A DNA stretch of 54,166 bases from Gammaproteobacteria bacterium (lineage in GTDB: Bacteria > Pseudomonadota > Gammaproteobacteria > Pseudomonadales > Azotimanducaceae). The notes under the pieces were generated by a model. That model did not search any database. It had not been told where the DNA came from and saw only the letters and a program-made list of their open reading frames with translations. The stretch spans positions 1 to 54,166 of the forward strand of contig JABGVY010000132.1 of the NCBI GenBank assembly GCA_018645845.1. Direction: 5' to 3'. A program made the translations under genes and the position numbers. Shown piece by piece: positions 17,961-26,203 of this stretch (its first letter is position 1; each line of letters starts with the position of its first letter).

Positions 17961-18656
17961 CTAGAAAGGCCATATAGGTGAATTAAAGAATCGAGAAAGC
18001 CAGCCCATGCTGTTTGCGCGTGCCAATGGTCCGGTTCCACCGTATTCAATTTCTGCATTACCAACCTGAGTCGAAAGAATTGTGTTGCTCGTTGAAATGT
18101 CAACTTGCCTGACGACACCGCGGATACGAATATATTCGTTGTCCTGATTAATTTGGATCCATTTCTCGCCCATGATAACGAGGTTGCCGCGAGGTAGAAC
18201 CGCAGCGACAGTCGCCGTAATGGTTCCTTGGAGGCTGTTGGATTGATTACTACCACTCTGCCCACTGAAACTTTGTTCGCTCTCAATACCGACACTTAGG
18301 TCGTAGCCACCGCCGGCATCAACGGGCTTGCCGCCCAGGGATGGGTTGCCAATGCTTGTTTCGTTATTTTTTGAGACATTGGTATCACTGCTCTTTGATG
18401 CCATCGTCTCTTCTACCAGTAGGACGCTAATCAGATCACCCACCTGAGCAGCCCGATTGTCTTCGAAAAAACTGAGCGCCGTGGTTTTTCCATACAGTGA
18501 GTCTACGGCGACGTCCTGCGGGGGTGTGACCGGATAAGTCCTGATGGGCTTATTGACGGTCATTTGGCTCTGGTCGACTGTGGAGACGCAACCAGATATC
18601 ACCAGCAATGCGATTATGGTCAGCAGCTTTAGTGGGTCACGCTTTAGTAATTTCAT
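17961..18656 (-). CDS. flgH: Flagellar L-ring lipoprotein FlgH
   Basis: The ATG at 18656 gives [23 protein letters not shown], which contains a lipobox. This start avoids overlap with flgG, whose stop codon occupies 18667-18669. FlgH core motifs are present ([29 protein letters not shown]). Confidence 0.9.
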   Translation of the reverse strand: MKLLKRDPLKLLTIIALLVISGCVSTVDQSQMTVNKPIRTYPVTPPQDVAVDSLYGKTTALSFFEDNRAAQVGDLISVLLVEETMASKSSDTNVSKNNETSIGNPSLGGKPVDAGGGYDLSVGIESEQSFSGQSGSNQSNSLQGTITATVAAVLPRGNLVIMGEKWIQINQDNEYIRIRGVVRQVDISTSNTILSTQVGNAEIEYGGTGPLARANSMGWLSRFFNSPIWPF

Positions 18657-18666
18657 TTTACCAGGC

Positions 18667-19452
18667 CTAGGTGTTGTTAATGGCGAATTGGAGCATTTCA
18701 TCGCTTGTGCTAACGGCACGAGAGTTAATTTCGTATGCGCGTTGCGTTTCAATCATGTTGACGAGTTCCTCAACGACATTCACATTTGAGCCTTCTATAA
18801 AACCCTGCTGCAGCGTACCCAGGCCGTTCAAACCAGCAGTTCCAGGCTCTGGGCTGCCACTTGCCCCGGACTCCAAATAAAGGTTTTTACCGATGGGTTG
18901 CAAGCCGGTTGGATTGATAAAGTCGGCCAGTTGTAGCGCGCCAACTTCACTTGGTTGGGCTGTTCCTGGCAAACTCACAGAAACGGTACCATCGGCCCCG
19001 ATGCTGACTGACTGGGCGTTAGAAGGGACAGTGATTGCCGGTTGAATCGTATAACCGCTAGAAGTGACCATTTGGCCCTGGCTGTCAATTTGCAGCGAAC
19101 CGTCTCGCGTGTAGCCCTGGTTACCGTCAGGTAACAATACCTGGATAAATCCACGACCATTAATGGCGACGTCAAAAGCATTCCCCGTTTCAACAAGGTT
19201 GCCCTGGGTGAAAATCTTTTCAGTTGCGACGGTCCTTACGCCAAGGCCCAACATTAGACCGGAGGGCAATTGGGTGTCTTGTGAAGACTGAGCGCCCACC
19301 TGCCGGACATTCTGATAAAGCAGGTCTTCGAATACGGCCCGCGAGCGCTTAAACCCGGCAGTGCTGGTATTCGCCAAATTGTTCGATATCGTCGAGAGCT
19401 TGGTTTGCTGCGCATCCAGTCCCGTTTTAGCTATCCATAAAGATTGATTCAT
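18667..19452 (-). CDS. flgG: Flagellar distal rod protein FlgG
   Basis: 261 aa. N-terminus [35 protein letters not shown] and C-terminus [27 protein letters not shown] match FlgG. Confidence 0.95.
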   Translation of the reverse strand: MNQSLWIAKTGLDAQQTKLSTISNNLANTSTAGFKRSRAVFEDLLYQNVRQVGAQSSQDTQLPSGLMLGLGVRTVATEKIFTQGNLVETGNAFDVAINGRGFIQVLLPDGNQGYTRDGSLQIDSQGQMVTSSGYTIQPAITVPSNAQSVSIGADGTVSVSLPGTAQPSEVGALQLADFINPTGLQPIGKNLYLESGASGSPEPGTAGLNGLGTLQQGFIEGSNVNVVEELVNMIETQRAYEINSRAVSTSDEMLQFAINNT

Positions 19453-19481
19453 AGTGTTTCAGGTCCTAATAATGAGATGGC

Positions 19482-20192
19482 TTATGAAAACTTAAGAATG
19501 CTGTCCAGGGCCTGTTGGTCCTGATCAGCGTGCTGCATGATTTTCACCTGGCTTTCGTATTTTCTTGCTAGATCCATCATCCTAACGAGCGCTTCAACGC
19601 TGCTGACGTTGCTCGCTTCAAGCGCGCCTGATTGAACGCGTACGGTTGGATCCTGATCGGCGACCTGGTTGTTGCGCAGACGGAGTAGACCGTCTGCACC
19701 CTTGGCCAAATCGGCGGCATTGAGGGTGACCAACTTAAGTTGGTCGATGGTCTGTTGTTCTGTCGCGTCTCCACCTCGGGGCGTAATCGAAATAAACCCC
19801 TGGTCAGAAATTTCAATATTGCTGAAGTCGTTGACCGCGATGGGTCCGCCATTACCCAAGACCGCATTACCGGCACCATCAGTAAGCTGCCCGAAGGCGT
19901 CAACGCGAAGATCACCGCGACGAGAGTAAGCCTCTGACCCGTCGGGCGCGGCAATCGCAAGCCAACCCTGATCACTAACCGCTATATCAAGGTTGCGTCC
20001 TGTCGTACTGACCACGCCAGAGGAGGCGTCAATTGTTGTTTTCTGCTCGGCCGACGCATTCGTGCCGCTAAAGGCCACAAGGTCCTTGCGAAAGCCAGGC
20101 GTACTGATATTCGCCAGATTATTAGTATTAACCGCTTGTGCAAACATCGTTTGCTTGGCGGCCATACTCGACAGTTCCAGTAATCTATCCAC
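19482..20192 (-). CDS. flgF: Flagellar proximal rod protein FlgF
   Basis: 236 aa. FAQAVNTNNLANISTPGFRKDL and ASNVSSVEALVRMMDLARKYESQVKIM are present. The gene lies between flgE and flgG. Confidence 0.9.
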   Translation of the reverse strand: MDRLLELSSMAAKQTMFAQAVNTNNLANISTPGFRKDLVAFSGTNASAEQKTTIDASSGVVSTTGRNLDIAVSDQGWLAIAAPDGSEAYSRRGDLRVDAFGQLTDGAGNAVLGNGGPIAVNDFSNIEISDQGFISITPRGGDATEQQTIDQLKLVTLNAADLAKGADGLLRLRNNQVADQDPTVRVQSGALEASNVSSVEALVRMMDLARKYESQVKIMQHADQDQQALDSILKFS

Positions 20193-20214
20193 GTTGTTGC
20201 CTCACCCTGTGACG

Positions 20215-21477
20215 TTATCTTAGGTTGATCACCGTTTGCGTAACGGCGTCTTCCGTCTGAATCATCTGCGCGTTAGCTTGAAAATTTCGCTGCGCGACAA
20301 TCATTCGAACGAGCTGTTCGGTTAACTCAACATTTGAACCCTCAAGGGCTCCCGATTGAATGACTCCCGTTCCGCCAGATCCTGCTGCCGCCTGGATAGG
20401 AGAACCCGAGGCATAGCTTTCAACAAAGTTTGTACTACCTGCGTTAGCCAAACCGTGGGGATTATTAAAGTTAGCCAATATCACCTGACCCAGGCTCTGA
20501 GACTGACCGTTGGTGTATCGCGCAAAGACAACACCGCTATCATCAACCTCAACGCCTCTCATCTGCCCGGCGGTATAGCCGTCCTGTACTATCGAGCTGG
20601 TGCCGAAAACCGCGCCATATTGTGTCGAGTCCGATAGATCCACGGTGAAGCTTTGAAGGGGTGCTCCGTTAGAAGCTCCGGTGGAATCCAGAGGCTGCCA
20701 GTCAGTGATGTTGATTTTGAGGGGCAGGTCGGCTGTCGCAAACTTACCATCGTTTCCAAATGGCATCGCGGTGGCGGCTCCAGTTTCAACACCATCGATC
20801 AGCGTACGTGCTTCCCATGCGTTGTTTGTACCTTTGATGAAACTGATGCTCATCACGTGGGGATTACCCAGGTCGTCAAAGACCGTCATTGAGGTTGAGC
20901 TGTTGTACATGCTCGCATCAGGCTGTGTAGCCGGCGTTGCAAAGGCATTAAAATTACCCGTCCACACGGTGGCTGGGGGTACTTCGCGAGAGTCCATGTT
21001 GGCAACTATTTCGGCTGTTTTAGTACCCTGTGGCGCCACTAATTGGGTGCTGAGTTTAATGTCTCCGAGGGCACCAGTAATCGCTCCTTCGCTGTCAAGG
21101 GGTAAGCCCTGAAGTCGATGACCAGCTTGGCTAACAATGAAGCCTGATTTGTCGACACTAAAAGCACCGGCTCTTGTGTAGAGAGCCTCTCCATTATCGC
21201 TTAGCTGGAAAAATCCGTTGCCGTTAATGGCAAGATCAAGTTCGTTGCTGGTGAAATCGATGCTGCCTTGACTAAAGTTGGTCCTGATAGATTGCAACGC
21301 AACGCCTTGTCCTCCTTCATTGGCGACGGAGCCAATGAGGCTTGACGCATAGAGGTCTCCAAACTCAGCTTTAGCTGATTTAAAGCCAGTGGTTGAACTG
21401 TTTGCAACGTTGTTGCCAACGACGCCGAGGTCCGTTGCTGCTGCTTTGATGCCCGATACTGAAGTTTCAAATGACAT
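20215..21477 (-). CDS. flgE: Flagellar hook protein FlgE
   Basis: 420 aa. N-terminus MSFETSVSGIKAAATDLGVVGNNVANSSTTGFK and C-terminus GSNVELTEQLVRMIVAQRNFQANAQMIQTEDAVTQTVINLR match FlgE. Confidence 0.9.
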   Translation of the reverse strand: MSFETSVSGIKAAATDLGVVGNNVANSSTTGFKSAKAEFGDLYASSLIGSVANEGGQGVALQSIRTNFSQGSIDFTSNELDLAINGNGFFQLSDNGEALYTRAGAFSVDKSGFIVSQAGHRLQGLPLDSEGAITGALGDIKLSTQLVAPQGTKTAEIVANMDSREVPPATVWTGNFNAFATPATQPDASMYNSSTSMTVFDDLGNPHVMSISFIKGTNNAWEARTLIDGVETGAATAMPFGNDGKFATADLPLKINITDWQPLDSTGASNGAPLQSFTVDLSDSTQYGAVFGTSSIVQDGYTAGQMRGVEVDDSGVVFARYTNGQSQSLGQVILANFNNPHGLANAGSTNFVESYASGSPIQAAAGSGGTGVIQSGALEGSNVELTEQLVRMIVAQRNFQANAQMIQTEDAVTQTVINLR

Positions 21478-21527
21478 ATTTTTTCCTTCGTTTAGTAATG
21501 TTGTTTAGTAATATTGTTTAAGAGGGT

Positions 21528-22190
21528 TTATCGGTACTCTTTTACATCAGAGAGAGCGACAGTATTTCCATTCGACAAGTTGAGCTTTATTTGTCTGGAT
21601 GTTGAGTCGATACTGACGCTGGTGATTGTGTTGCTCACCGCCAGGGGCAAGCCCTGTTGGTTCCCCGCGACGTTAGCCGTCGCAGTCATGTTGTAATTAC
21701 CTGCGGCCATCGATTTACCTTGCTGATCGCGACCGTCCCATTCGATAGTGGGCTGACCGCTCGGGCCAATTTGTGCTGCGAAAACCCTGACTACTGATCC
21801 GGAGTTATCTTTAACAGTAACTTTAATGTCACTGCTATTGGGGGGCGCTTCGATAGTTCCTGTTATAGGCTTCTTGCCATCAAAGGAGGCGAGACTGGTT
21901 TCTACAAGTGCCTGTCGGTCAAGAAGGCCCGCTGCTTGCAATCCTTGATCACCAAGAATTGAGCTGGACATGTTGGAAAAACCAGTGTTAAGGCTGTCAA
22001 TGCCGTTAACCATGCTGAATTGCGCCATCTGAGATAGGAATTGGTTATTGTCCATTGGTTCAGACGGGTCCTGGTTTTGCAGTTGAGCGACCATTAGTTC
22101 TAAGAAGTCAGCCTGGCCCAAAGATTGCTGTGGCGGCTCAGTTTTTGTCTGGGCGCCGATGCTTGCGTTGGTAGGGGTAATTTGGTTCAT
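21528..22190 (-). CDS. flgD: Flagellar hook cap/assembly protein FlgD
   Basis: 220 aa. Carries the FlgD signature DFLELMVAQLQNQDPSEPMDNNQFLSQMAQFS. Confidence 0.9.
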   Translation of the reverse strand: MNQITPTNASIGAQTKTEPPQQSLGQADFLELMVAQLQNQDPSEPMDNNQFLSQMAQFSMVNGIDSLNTGFSNMSSSILGDQGLQAAGLLDRQALVETSLASFDGKKPITGTIEAPPNSSDIKVTVKDNSGSVVRVFAAQIGPSGQPTIEWDGRDQQGKSMAAGNYNMTATANVAGNQQGLPLAVSNTITSVSIDSTSRQIKLNLSNGNTVALSDVKEYR

Positions 22191-22223
22191 AGTGCGTTTC
22201 CTATACTAAATTGAGGCCGTTCG

Positions 22224-22637
22224 TTACTGGCCTAGCGTTAGTGTTCTCATTAGTAAATTTTTGGCGCTGTTCATTAATTCGATGTTTGTTTGATAGGCCC
22301 TTGATGCTCCCATCATGTTGGCCATCTCCTGAACCGGGTTTACATTGGGCATATAAATGAAACCGTTTTCATCGGCCATTGCGTGGCCTGGGTTAAATTC
22401 GTTTCTTGGGGCGCGGTCATCTGTGGCGATGCCCTCTATTGTCACGCCCCTGGCCTGGTTGTCGGCGGCAGACGCATCCATCAATGTGCTGAAGACGGGA
22501 TATTTGGGTTTGTAAACTTCCTCTGGCGTGCTCGCTGCGACATCAGCGTTAGCCAGATTTTCAGCGATCAGGTTAATTCTGGTCGATTGCGCAACTAGGG
22601 CGGAATGGTTGATTCCGAAAACATTCATTAGGCTCAT
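22224..22637 (-). CDS. flgC: Flagellar proximal rod protein FlgC
   Basis: 137 aa. IAENLANADV..., PNVNPVQEMANMMGASRAYQTNIELMNSAKNLLMRTLTLGQ. Confidence 0.95.
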   Translation of the reverse strand: MSLMNVFGINHSALVAQSTRINLIAENLANADVAASTPEEVYKPKYPVFSTLMDASAADNQARGVTIEGIATDDRAPRNEFNPGHAMADENGFIYMPNVNPVQEMANMMGASRAYQTNIELMNSAKNLLMRTLTLGQ

Positions 22638-22639
22638 GT

Positions 22640-23029
22640 CTATTCTCCTTTTAGAGCTAATCTGAGGCCGTTAATTTTAGAAGACAAGAACTGCAGTCCT
22701 GCCTGGTAGTGAATGGCGTTTTCTGTGAACGCTGATAATTCTGTCTCTGGCTCAACGGTGTTGCCGTTTTCGCTTACTTTTTGTGGTATGCGATACATTA
22801 GGTCAAAGCTGCCTGCGCCACTGATTTCCATATGCCCTGGTTGGGTTTTCTGAATGTTGGGGCCTGACTGATTAAGGTAGCTGCTAAATTCACGACCGAT
22901 ATCTACATCGCGCGCCTGGTAACCGGGTGTTGCCGAATTTGCGATATTGCTCGAAATAGCCTCTGACCTAGCAGACCTGAGAGCAAGCAACCTCGCATGG
23001 GAATCTATCGAATTGTCTATCCAGTTCAT
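22640..23029 (-). CDS. flgB: Flagellar proximal rod protein FlgB
   Basis: 129 aa. LLALRSARSEAISSNIANSATPGYQARDVD; first gene of the flgB operon. Confidence 0.9.
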   Translation of the reverse strand: MNWIDNSIDSHARLLALRSARSEAISSNIANSATPGYQARDVDIGREFSSYLNQSGPNIQKTQPGHMEISGAGSFDLMYRIPQKVSENGNTVEPETELSAFTENAIHYQAGLQFLSSKINGLRLALKGE

Positions 23030-23130
23030 CGTCTGTTCTAAATGCCTTATTCATTTAGTAATAATTGTCGCTATTTTCGCCGGGCTAATGCTTTCGTGAT
23101 GCTCGGGCGGGTTAAGCTGCGGTAACAAGA

Positions 23131-23146
23131 AGCAATCTTCGTGCCA
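23131..23146 (-). promoter_or_regulatory. Sigma54 promoter of the flgB operon
   Basis: The minus strand reads TGGCACG-AAGA-TTGCT (exact consensus), about 100 nt upstream of the flgB ATG. Confidence 0.75.
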
Positions 23147-23158
23147 GAAATCAAATGT

Positions 23159-23198
23159 CCACTCAAACCGGTAGGCAGACATAAAAGTAGTTGAGTGG
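23159..23198. promoter_or_regulatory. Inverted repeat just upstream of the flgB sigma54 promoter; possible activator or IHF-type site
   Basis: CCACTCAA (23159-23166) and TTGAGTGG (23191-23198) form 8-bp arms around a 24-nt spacer. The function is speculative. Confidence 0.25.
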
Positions 23199-23388
23199 CC
23201 TGTGGCCGGCTAGGCAAAGATTGCCGCTTCAGTCGTTAAAAGTTGCCGGTAACGTTTGCGCTCAGTGGCTTAGCACTTAATGGGGAGTCAATTCAGGCCC
23301 CGGGCTTGATAAAGCGGGCGGTAGCAGCCTGCCGATGCCTTCTGGCGAAAGTGTTTGGGTTACAAGGTTGCTGCGCTCGAGGCGAGAT

Positions 23389-23404
23389 TGGCACAGGTAT
23401 TGCT
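23389..23404 (+). promoter_or_regulatory. Sigma54 promoter of flgA, divergent from flgB
   Basis: TGGCAC-AGGTA-TTGCT (GG and GC correctly spaced). It lies inside the 5' extension of the tracked ORF 23335..24261, which argues that the extension is not translated. Confidence 0.7.
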
Positions 23405-23550
23405 ATCTTGTTGAGACAGCGTCTACCCGTGAGATCAATGAGTTGCTTTCAACTATCATCAAAAAAGCTGCATACGTACTGATTAGTGCGACTTTGTATT
23501 TGTCGAAACGAAACTTTGGCACTGTCGGGATCTCGTCATTTGTCGAAAAT

Positions 23551-24261
23551 TTGACAGGTTTAGGTCGAGCACTGATCATTCTGGCAAGCGTTCTGATGGC
23601 ATCGTCTGCCGCCGCGAGTGAACGCTACCAAAGCCTGGAATCAATAGGCCAAATTGTTCGCAAAACCGTTAGTGCGATGCCGGTGGTTACTACACTGAGA
23701 AACCCTAGCATTGAGGTTCTTCGTCTGAATGATAGGTTGCGGGTGGTCGAATGCCCTGAACCGTTGACTGCCGTAGAACCAGCAACGGGTTTACGTGGTG
23801 GCAGAGTTTCCATACGCGTAAGCTGTAAAGGACCTCGGCCCTGGTCGGTTTACGTTATGGCCAGCCTGAAGAGCGAAGTGCAGGTAGTCATCACGAATCG
23901 AGCAATGACACGTGGTGAGGTGCTATCGCGGGAAGATATTATCGAGAAAACCGTTATACGGGCGCCGGCGATTCAACCTCTCGTGAGGCAGGCTGAGGAG
24001 GCTTTGGGTAATGCCCTTAAGCGTTCGATAGGCGAGGGAGTGGAACTATCGGCGGCGATGTTAAAAAAGCCTACTATTATTCGATCTGGTGAACACACGC
24101 TAATCATGGCGGAAGCCGGTGGTTTGCAGGTTCGCGTTACCGGGAAAGCCCTACAGCACGGGGTTGTGGGCGAAATTATTCGGGTCTTGAATTTGTCTTC
24201 AAAGAAGACTGTTCGGGGTAAAGTTGAGGCTGATGGCACTATTACAGTCAGTCGATGGTAA
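23551..24261 (+). CDS. flgA: Flagellar P-ring assembly chaperone FlgA
   Basis: C-terminal FlgA/SAF pattern is present (GEIIRVLNLSSKKTVRGKVEADGTITV). The start is uncertain. An in-frame TTG at 23551 would give a signal peptide (TGLGRALIILASVLMASSAAA); the only nearby ATG (23596) would remove it. Confidence 0.8.
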   Translation: MTGLGRALIILASVLMASSAAASERYQSLESIGQIVRKTVSAMPVVTTLRNPSIEVLRLNDRLRVVECPEPLTAVEPATGLRGGRVSIRVSCKGPRPWSVYVMASLKSEVQVVITNRAMTRGEVLSREDIIEKTVIRAPAIQPLVRQAEEALGNALKRSIGEGVELSAAMLKKPTIIRSGEHTLIMAEAGGLQVRVTGKALQHGVVGEIIRVLNLSSKKTVRGKVEADGTITVSRW

Positions 24262-24267
24262 AAAAAC

Positions 24268-24294
24268 TAAAGATTTTTCACAGAATGCCGATTA
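24268..24294 (+). promoter_or_regulatory. Sigma28 (FliA) promoter of flgM-flgN
   Basis: TAAAGATT-N11-GCCGATTA, compared with the consensus TAAAGTTT-N11-GCCGATAA (7/8 and 7/8 matches, exact spacing). It ends about 38 nt before the flgM ATG. Confidence 0.8.
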
Positions 24295-24331
24295 ATATCA
24301 GTAAGAGAAGTTTTTGGCTGGGTACTACCTT

Positions 24332-24628
24332 ATGACAATGGAAATAAAACCGGGCTTACCGGTCGTCAACCGAGACGTTTCGGGGACTTCTAAGAGCGTG
24401 ACATCTACAGATGGAGCGACTGTCAGAACAGACAGCAGTTCCGTGACGTTGACGAACGAAGCAGGAGACCTTCTGGTCGCCGAGGACAAACTGGCCTCGC
24501 ATTCTGCCATTGATCAGGTCAGGGTGGGTGACCTTCGACAGCGCCTGGAAGAAGGTAGTTTCGAATCAAACCCAGCAAAAATTGCTTCCAAGCTCATTGA
24601 GCAAGAGATAGACCTACTATCTAGATAG
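24332..24628 (+). CDS. flgM: Anti-sigma-28 factor FlgM
   Basis: About 98 aa. The tracked ORF starts at TTG 24314; the first ATGs are at 24332 and 24338. The C-terminal FlgM pattern is present (IDQVRVGDLRQRLEEGSFESNPAKIASKLIEQEIDLL). Confidence 0.85.
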   Translation: MTMEIKPGLPVVNRDVSGTSKSVTSTDGATVRTDSSSVTLTNEAGDLLVAEDKLASHSAIDQVRVGDLRQRLEEGSFESNPAKIASKLIEQEIDLLSR

Positions 24629-24662
24629 GGATCGGCTTTCCGTTATTGATGAGGAAAGCGTA

Positions 24663-25160
24663 ATGACTACAGCAACAACAAATCCCTTAATGGGTGAATT
24701 GGTTAAAGAGTACCAAGGGCTCTGTGGCCTGCTAGTGCAGCTACAGGAAGCGCTCACTGGCGAAAGAGAAGCATTGAGGGCGTTTAGTCCTGAGCGTACC
24801 TTCGAGGTAGCCGAGGAGAAATCAGCGGTCGCAAAAGCCATTGAGGACGCTGAAAAGCAGCGGCTGTCGCTGCTCAATCAAATCCCTGAATTGAACGCTC
24901 TACCAGGTTCAGGAGAGCTGGGCGCCATGTTCAAAGGCTTTGCACCTCTGGATGAGCTGCATCAGCGCTATCAGGACTTGCTCGAAGCATGCCGAATCGA
25001 GAATCGCCAAAATGGACTGCAAATTCGGTTTTACTCTCAGAAAACCGGTGCAGCTTTAGCGACGCTAACGGGTGATGATACTGAAGCAGGCCCAACGTCT
25101 TATACCGCTTCCGGTGATAGCAGTGAAGCCAGGTCCGGCCGATCCCTGGGCCGAGCCTAG
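24663..25160 (+). CDS. flgN: FlgN-family flagellar export chaperone
   Basis: 165 aa helical protein directly after flgM. LVKEYQGLCGLLVQLQEALTGEREALRAFSPE...KSAVAKAIEDAEKQRLSLL is FlgN-like. Confidence 0.75.
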   Translation: MTTATTNPLMGELVKEYQGLCGLLVQLQEALTGEREALRAFSPERTFEVAEEKSAVAKAIEDAEKQRLSLLNQIPELNALPGSGELGAMFKGFAPLDELHQRYQDLLEACRIENRQNGLQIRFYSQKTGAALATLTGDDTEAGPTSYTASGDSSEARSGRSLGRA

Positions 25161-25162
25161 GT

Positions 25163-25420
25163 ATGTGGCTTAGATTAGCGCTCGAAATACCCGAGTCTTC
25201 TATACGTCTCTGGTACGAAGGACGCGTGCAGCAAGTTATCGCAACCGATCATACCGGCAGGAAAGTGCAGTTCCCTATAGGCATACTCAGGCCTTTTATT
25301 ACCCATGACGGGGTTTCTGGCGTCTTTGAGCTCGAGGTTGAGCAAAGTGGGCGGCTAGCCTCGATAAAAAGATCGGTTACTCGCCACCGGGGCCCTCAGC
25401 AAGCGAACAGCTTGATCTAG
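25163..25420 (+). CDS. Small DUF2835-like protein
   Basis: 85 aa, starting 2 nt after the flgN stop. The pattern YEGRVQQVIATDHTGRKVQFPIGILRPFITHDGVSGVFELEVEQSGRLASIKR matches my memory of the DUF2835 family; this is unverified. Confidence 0.5.
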   Translation: MWLRLALEIPESSIRLWYEGRVQQVIATDHTGRKVQFPIGILRPFITHDGVSGVFELEVEQSGRLASIKRSVTRHRGPQQANSLI

Positions 25421-25584
25421 CTGTTCTGTACCAAAGACGAGACACCTTAAATGCCCCCGCAGGTCGTTAGCGAGTGAAATCGAAGCCGTCTCAATTCCTA
25501 AAGTTTCATGGTTTCGAATGCCTTAAAAACATATCGGTTATTTACGTATTATTTTACTTCCAATAAGAAACCTGTCTAAAACGC

Positions 25585-25598
25585 GGTAACCAATCGTC
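25585..25598. promoter_or_regulatory. Operator-like 14-mer GGTAACCAATCGTC; related copies lie at 25686-25699 and 25926-25939
   Basis: It matches GGTTACCAATGGTC, the head of each 240-bp unit, at 12 of 14 positions. The core GGTWACC is palindromic. The three copies are spaced 101 and 240 bp apart. Confidence 0.35.
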
Positions 25599-25684
25599 CG
25601 CTGCTGTAAATTTTGCATTTCATGTAACGCTTGCAGCCCAGTAAGAATGGTCGTTACAGCCTTCTAATGAATTCTCGTTAAGAA

Positions 25685-26164
25685 GGGTTACCAATGGTCA
25701 CAAACGGTTACTTGTTGTTCCTCCTGCACTTACCTGGGTTTTTTATAGTACCTACATGATTTATCAAACCACATATGTTTTCTCTTCCGATTTGGCCTTG
25801 GGGCCTCAATCGAGGCGACCAACAGAGTTAAGGGGCCAGTCATCGGTCTCTCTAAAAAAGGCAGTGAGCGGCAGTGTCGATATAAGTTTTGGGCCTAAAG
25901 CCGAGTGCTTTTCCTTGTTGGCAGGGGTTACTAATGGTCACAAACGGTTACTTAATGTTCTTAGTGCGCTTACTTCGGCCTTCTATAGTACCTACATGAT
26001 TTATCAAACCACATATGTTTTCTCTTCTGATTTAGCCGCGCGAATTCGCTCCAGGCGATCAAGTGAGTTAAGGGGCCGGTTATCCGTTTCTCTAAAAAAA
26101 GCAGTGAGCCGCTGTGTTGGCACAAATTTTGGATGTAATGCAGAGAGCTTCTCCCTTTTGTTGG
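25685..26164. repeat. Tandem direct repeat, 2 x 240 bp, immediately upstream of the fleQ-like gene
   Basis: The offset is exactly 240 bp. A 44-nt block is identical in both copies (25744-25787 = 25984-26027: TATAGTACCTACATGATTTATCAAACCACATATGTTTTCTCTTC). A 29-nt block has 1 mismatch (25685-25713 vs 25925-25953). The remaining stretches are diverged. Confidence 0.95.
26118..26133 (+). promoter_or_regulatory. Weak sigma54-like element in the second repeat unit, upstream of the fleQ-like gene
   Basis: TGGCAC-AAATT-TTGG: the -24 element is perfect, but the -12 element reads GG instead of GC. It is absent from the first repeat unit. Confidence 0.25.
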
Positions 26165-26203
26165 TTTTGGTTGTTTTTTTGACAGCTGAGACCTTTAGGA
26201 CGA

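Noticed and set aside
17939-18295. A 119-codon N-terminal extension of the flgI ORF (tracked as 16808..18295), and the 32-codon extension of flgH (to 18752).
   Set aside because: The extensions overlap the preceding genes (flgH and flgG). Internal ATGs at 17938 and 18656 give canonical signal and lipoprotein peptides and tidy gene spacing.
23248-23259. A shared motif GTAACG(Y)TTGC between the flgA/flgB control region (23249-23259) and the fleQ-upstream region (25624-25634), considered as a common activator site.
   Set aside because: A 10/11 match between two ~0.5-0.8-kb regions is expected several times by chance, by my rough estimate. It is not supportable without a motif search across all flagellar promoters.
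23335-23550. A 72-codon N-terminal extension of flgA starting at ATG 23335.
   Set aside because: A consensus sigma54 promoter (23389-23404) lies inside it. The peptide is not signal-like, whereas an in-frame TTG at 23551 yields a proper signal peptide.
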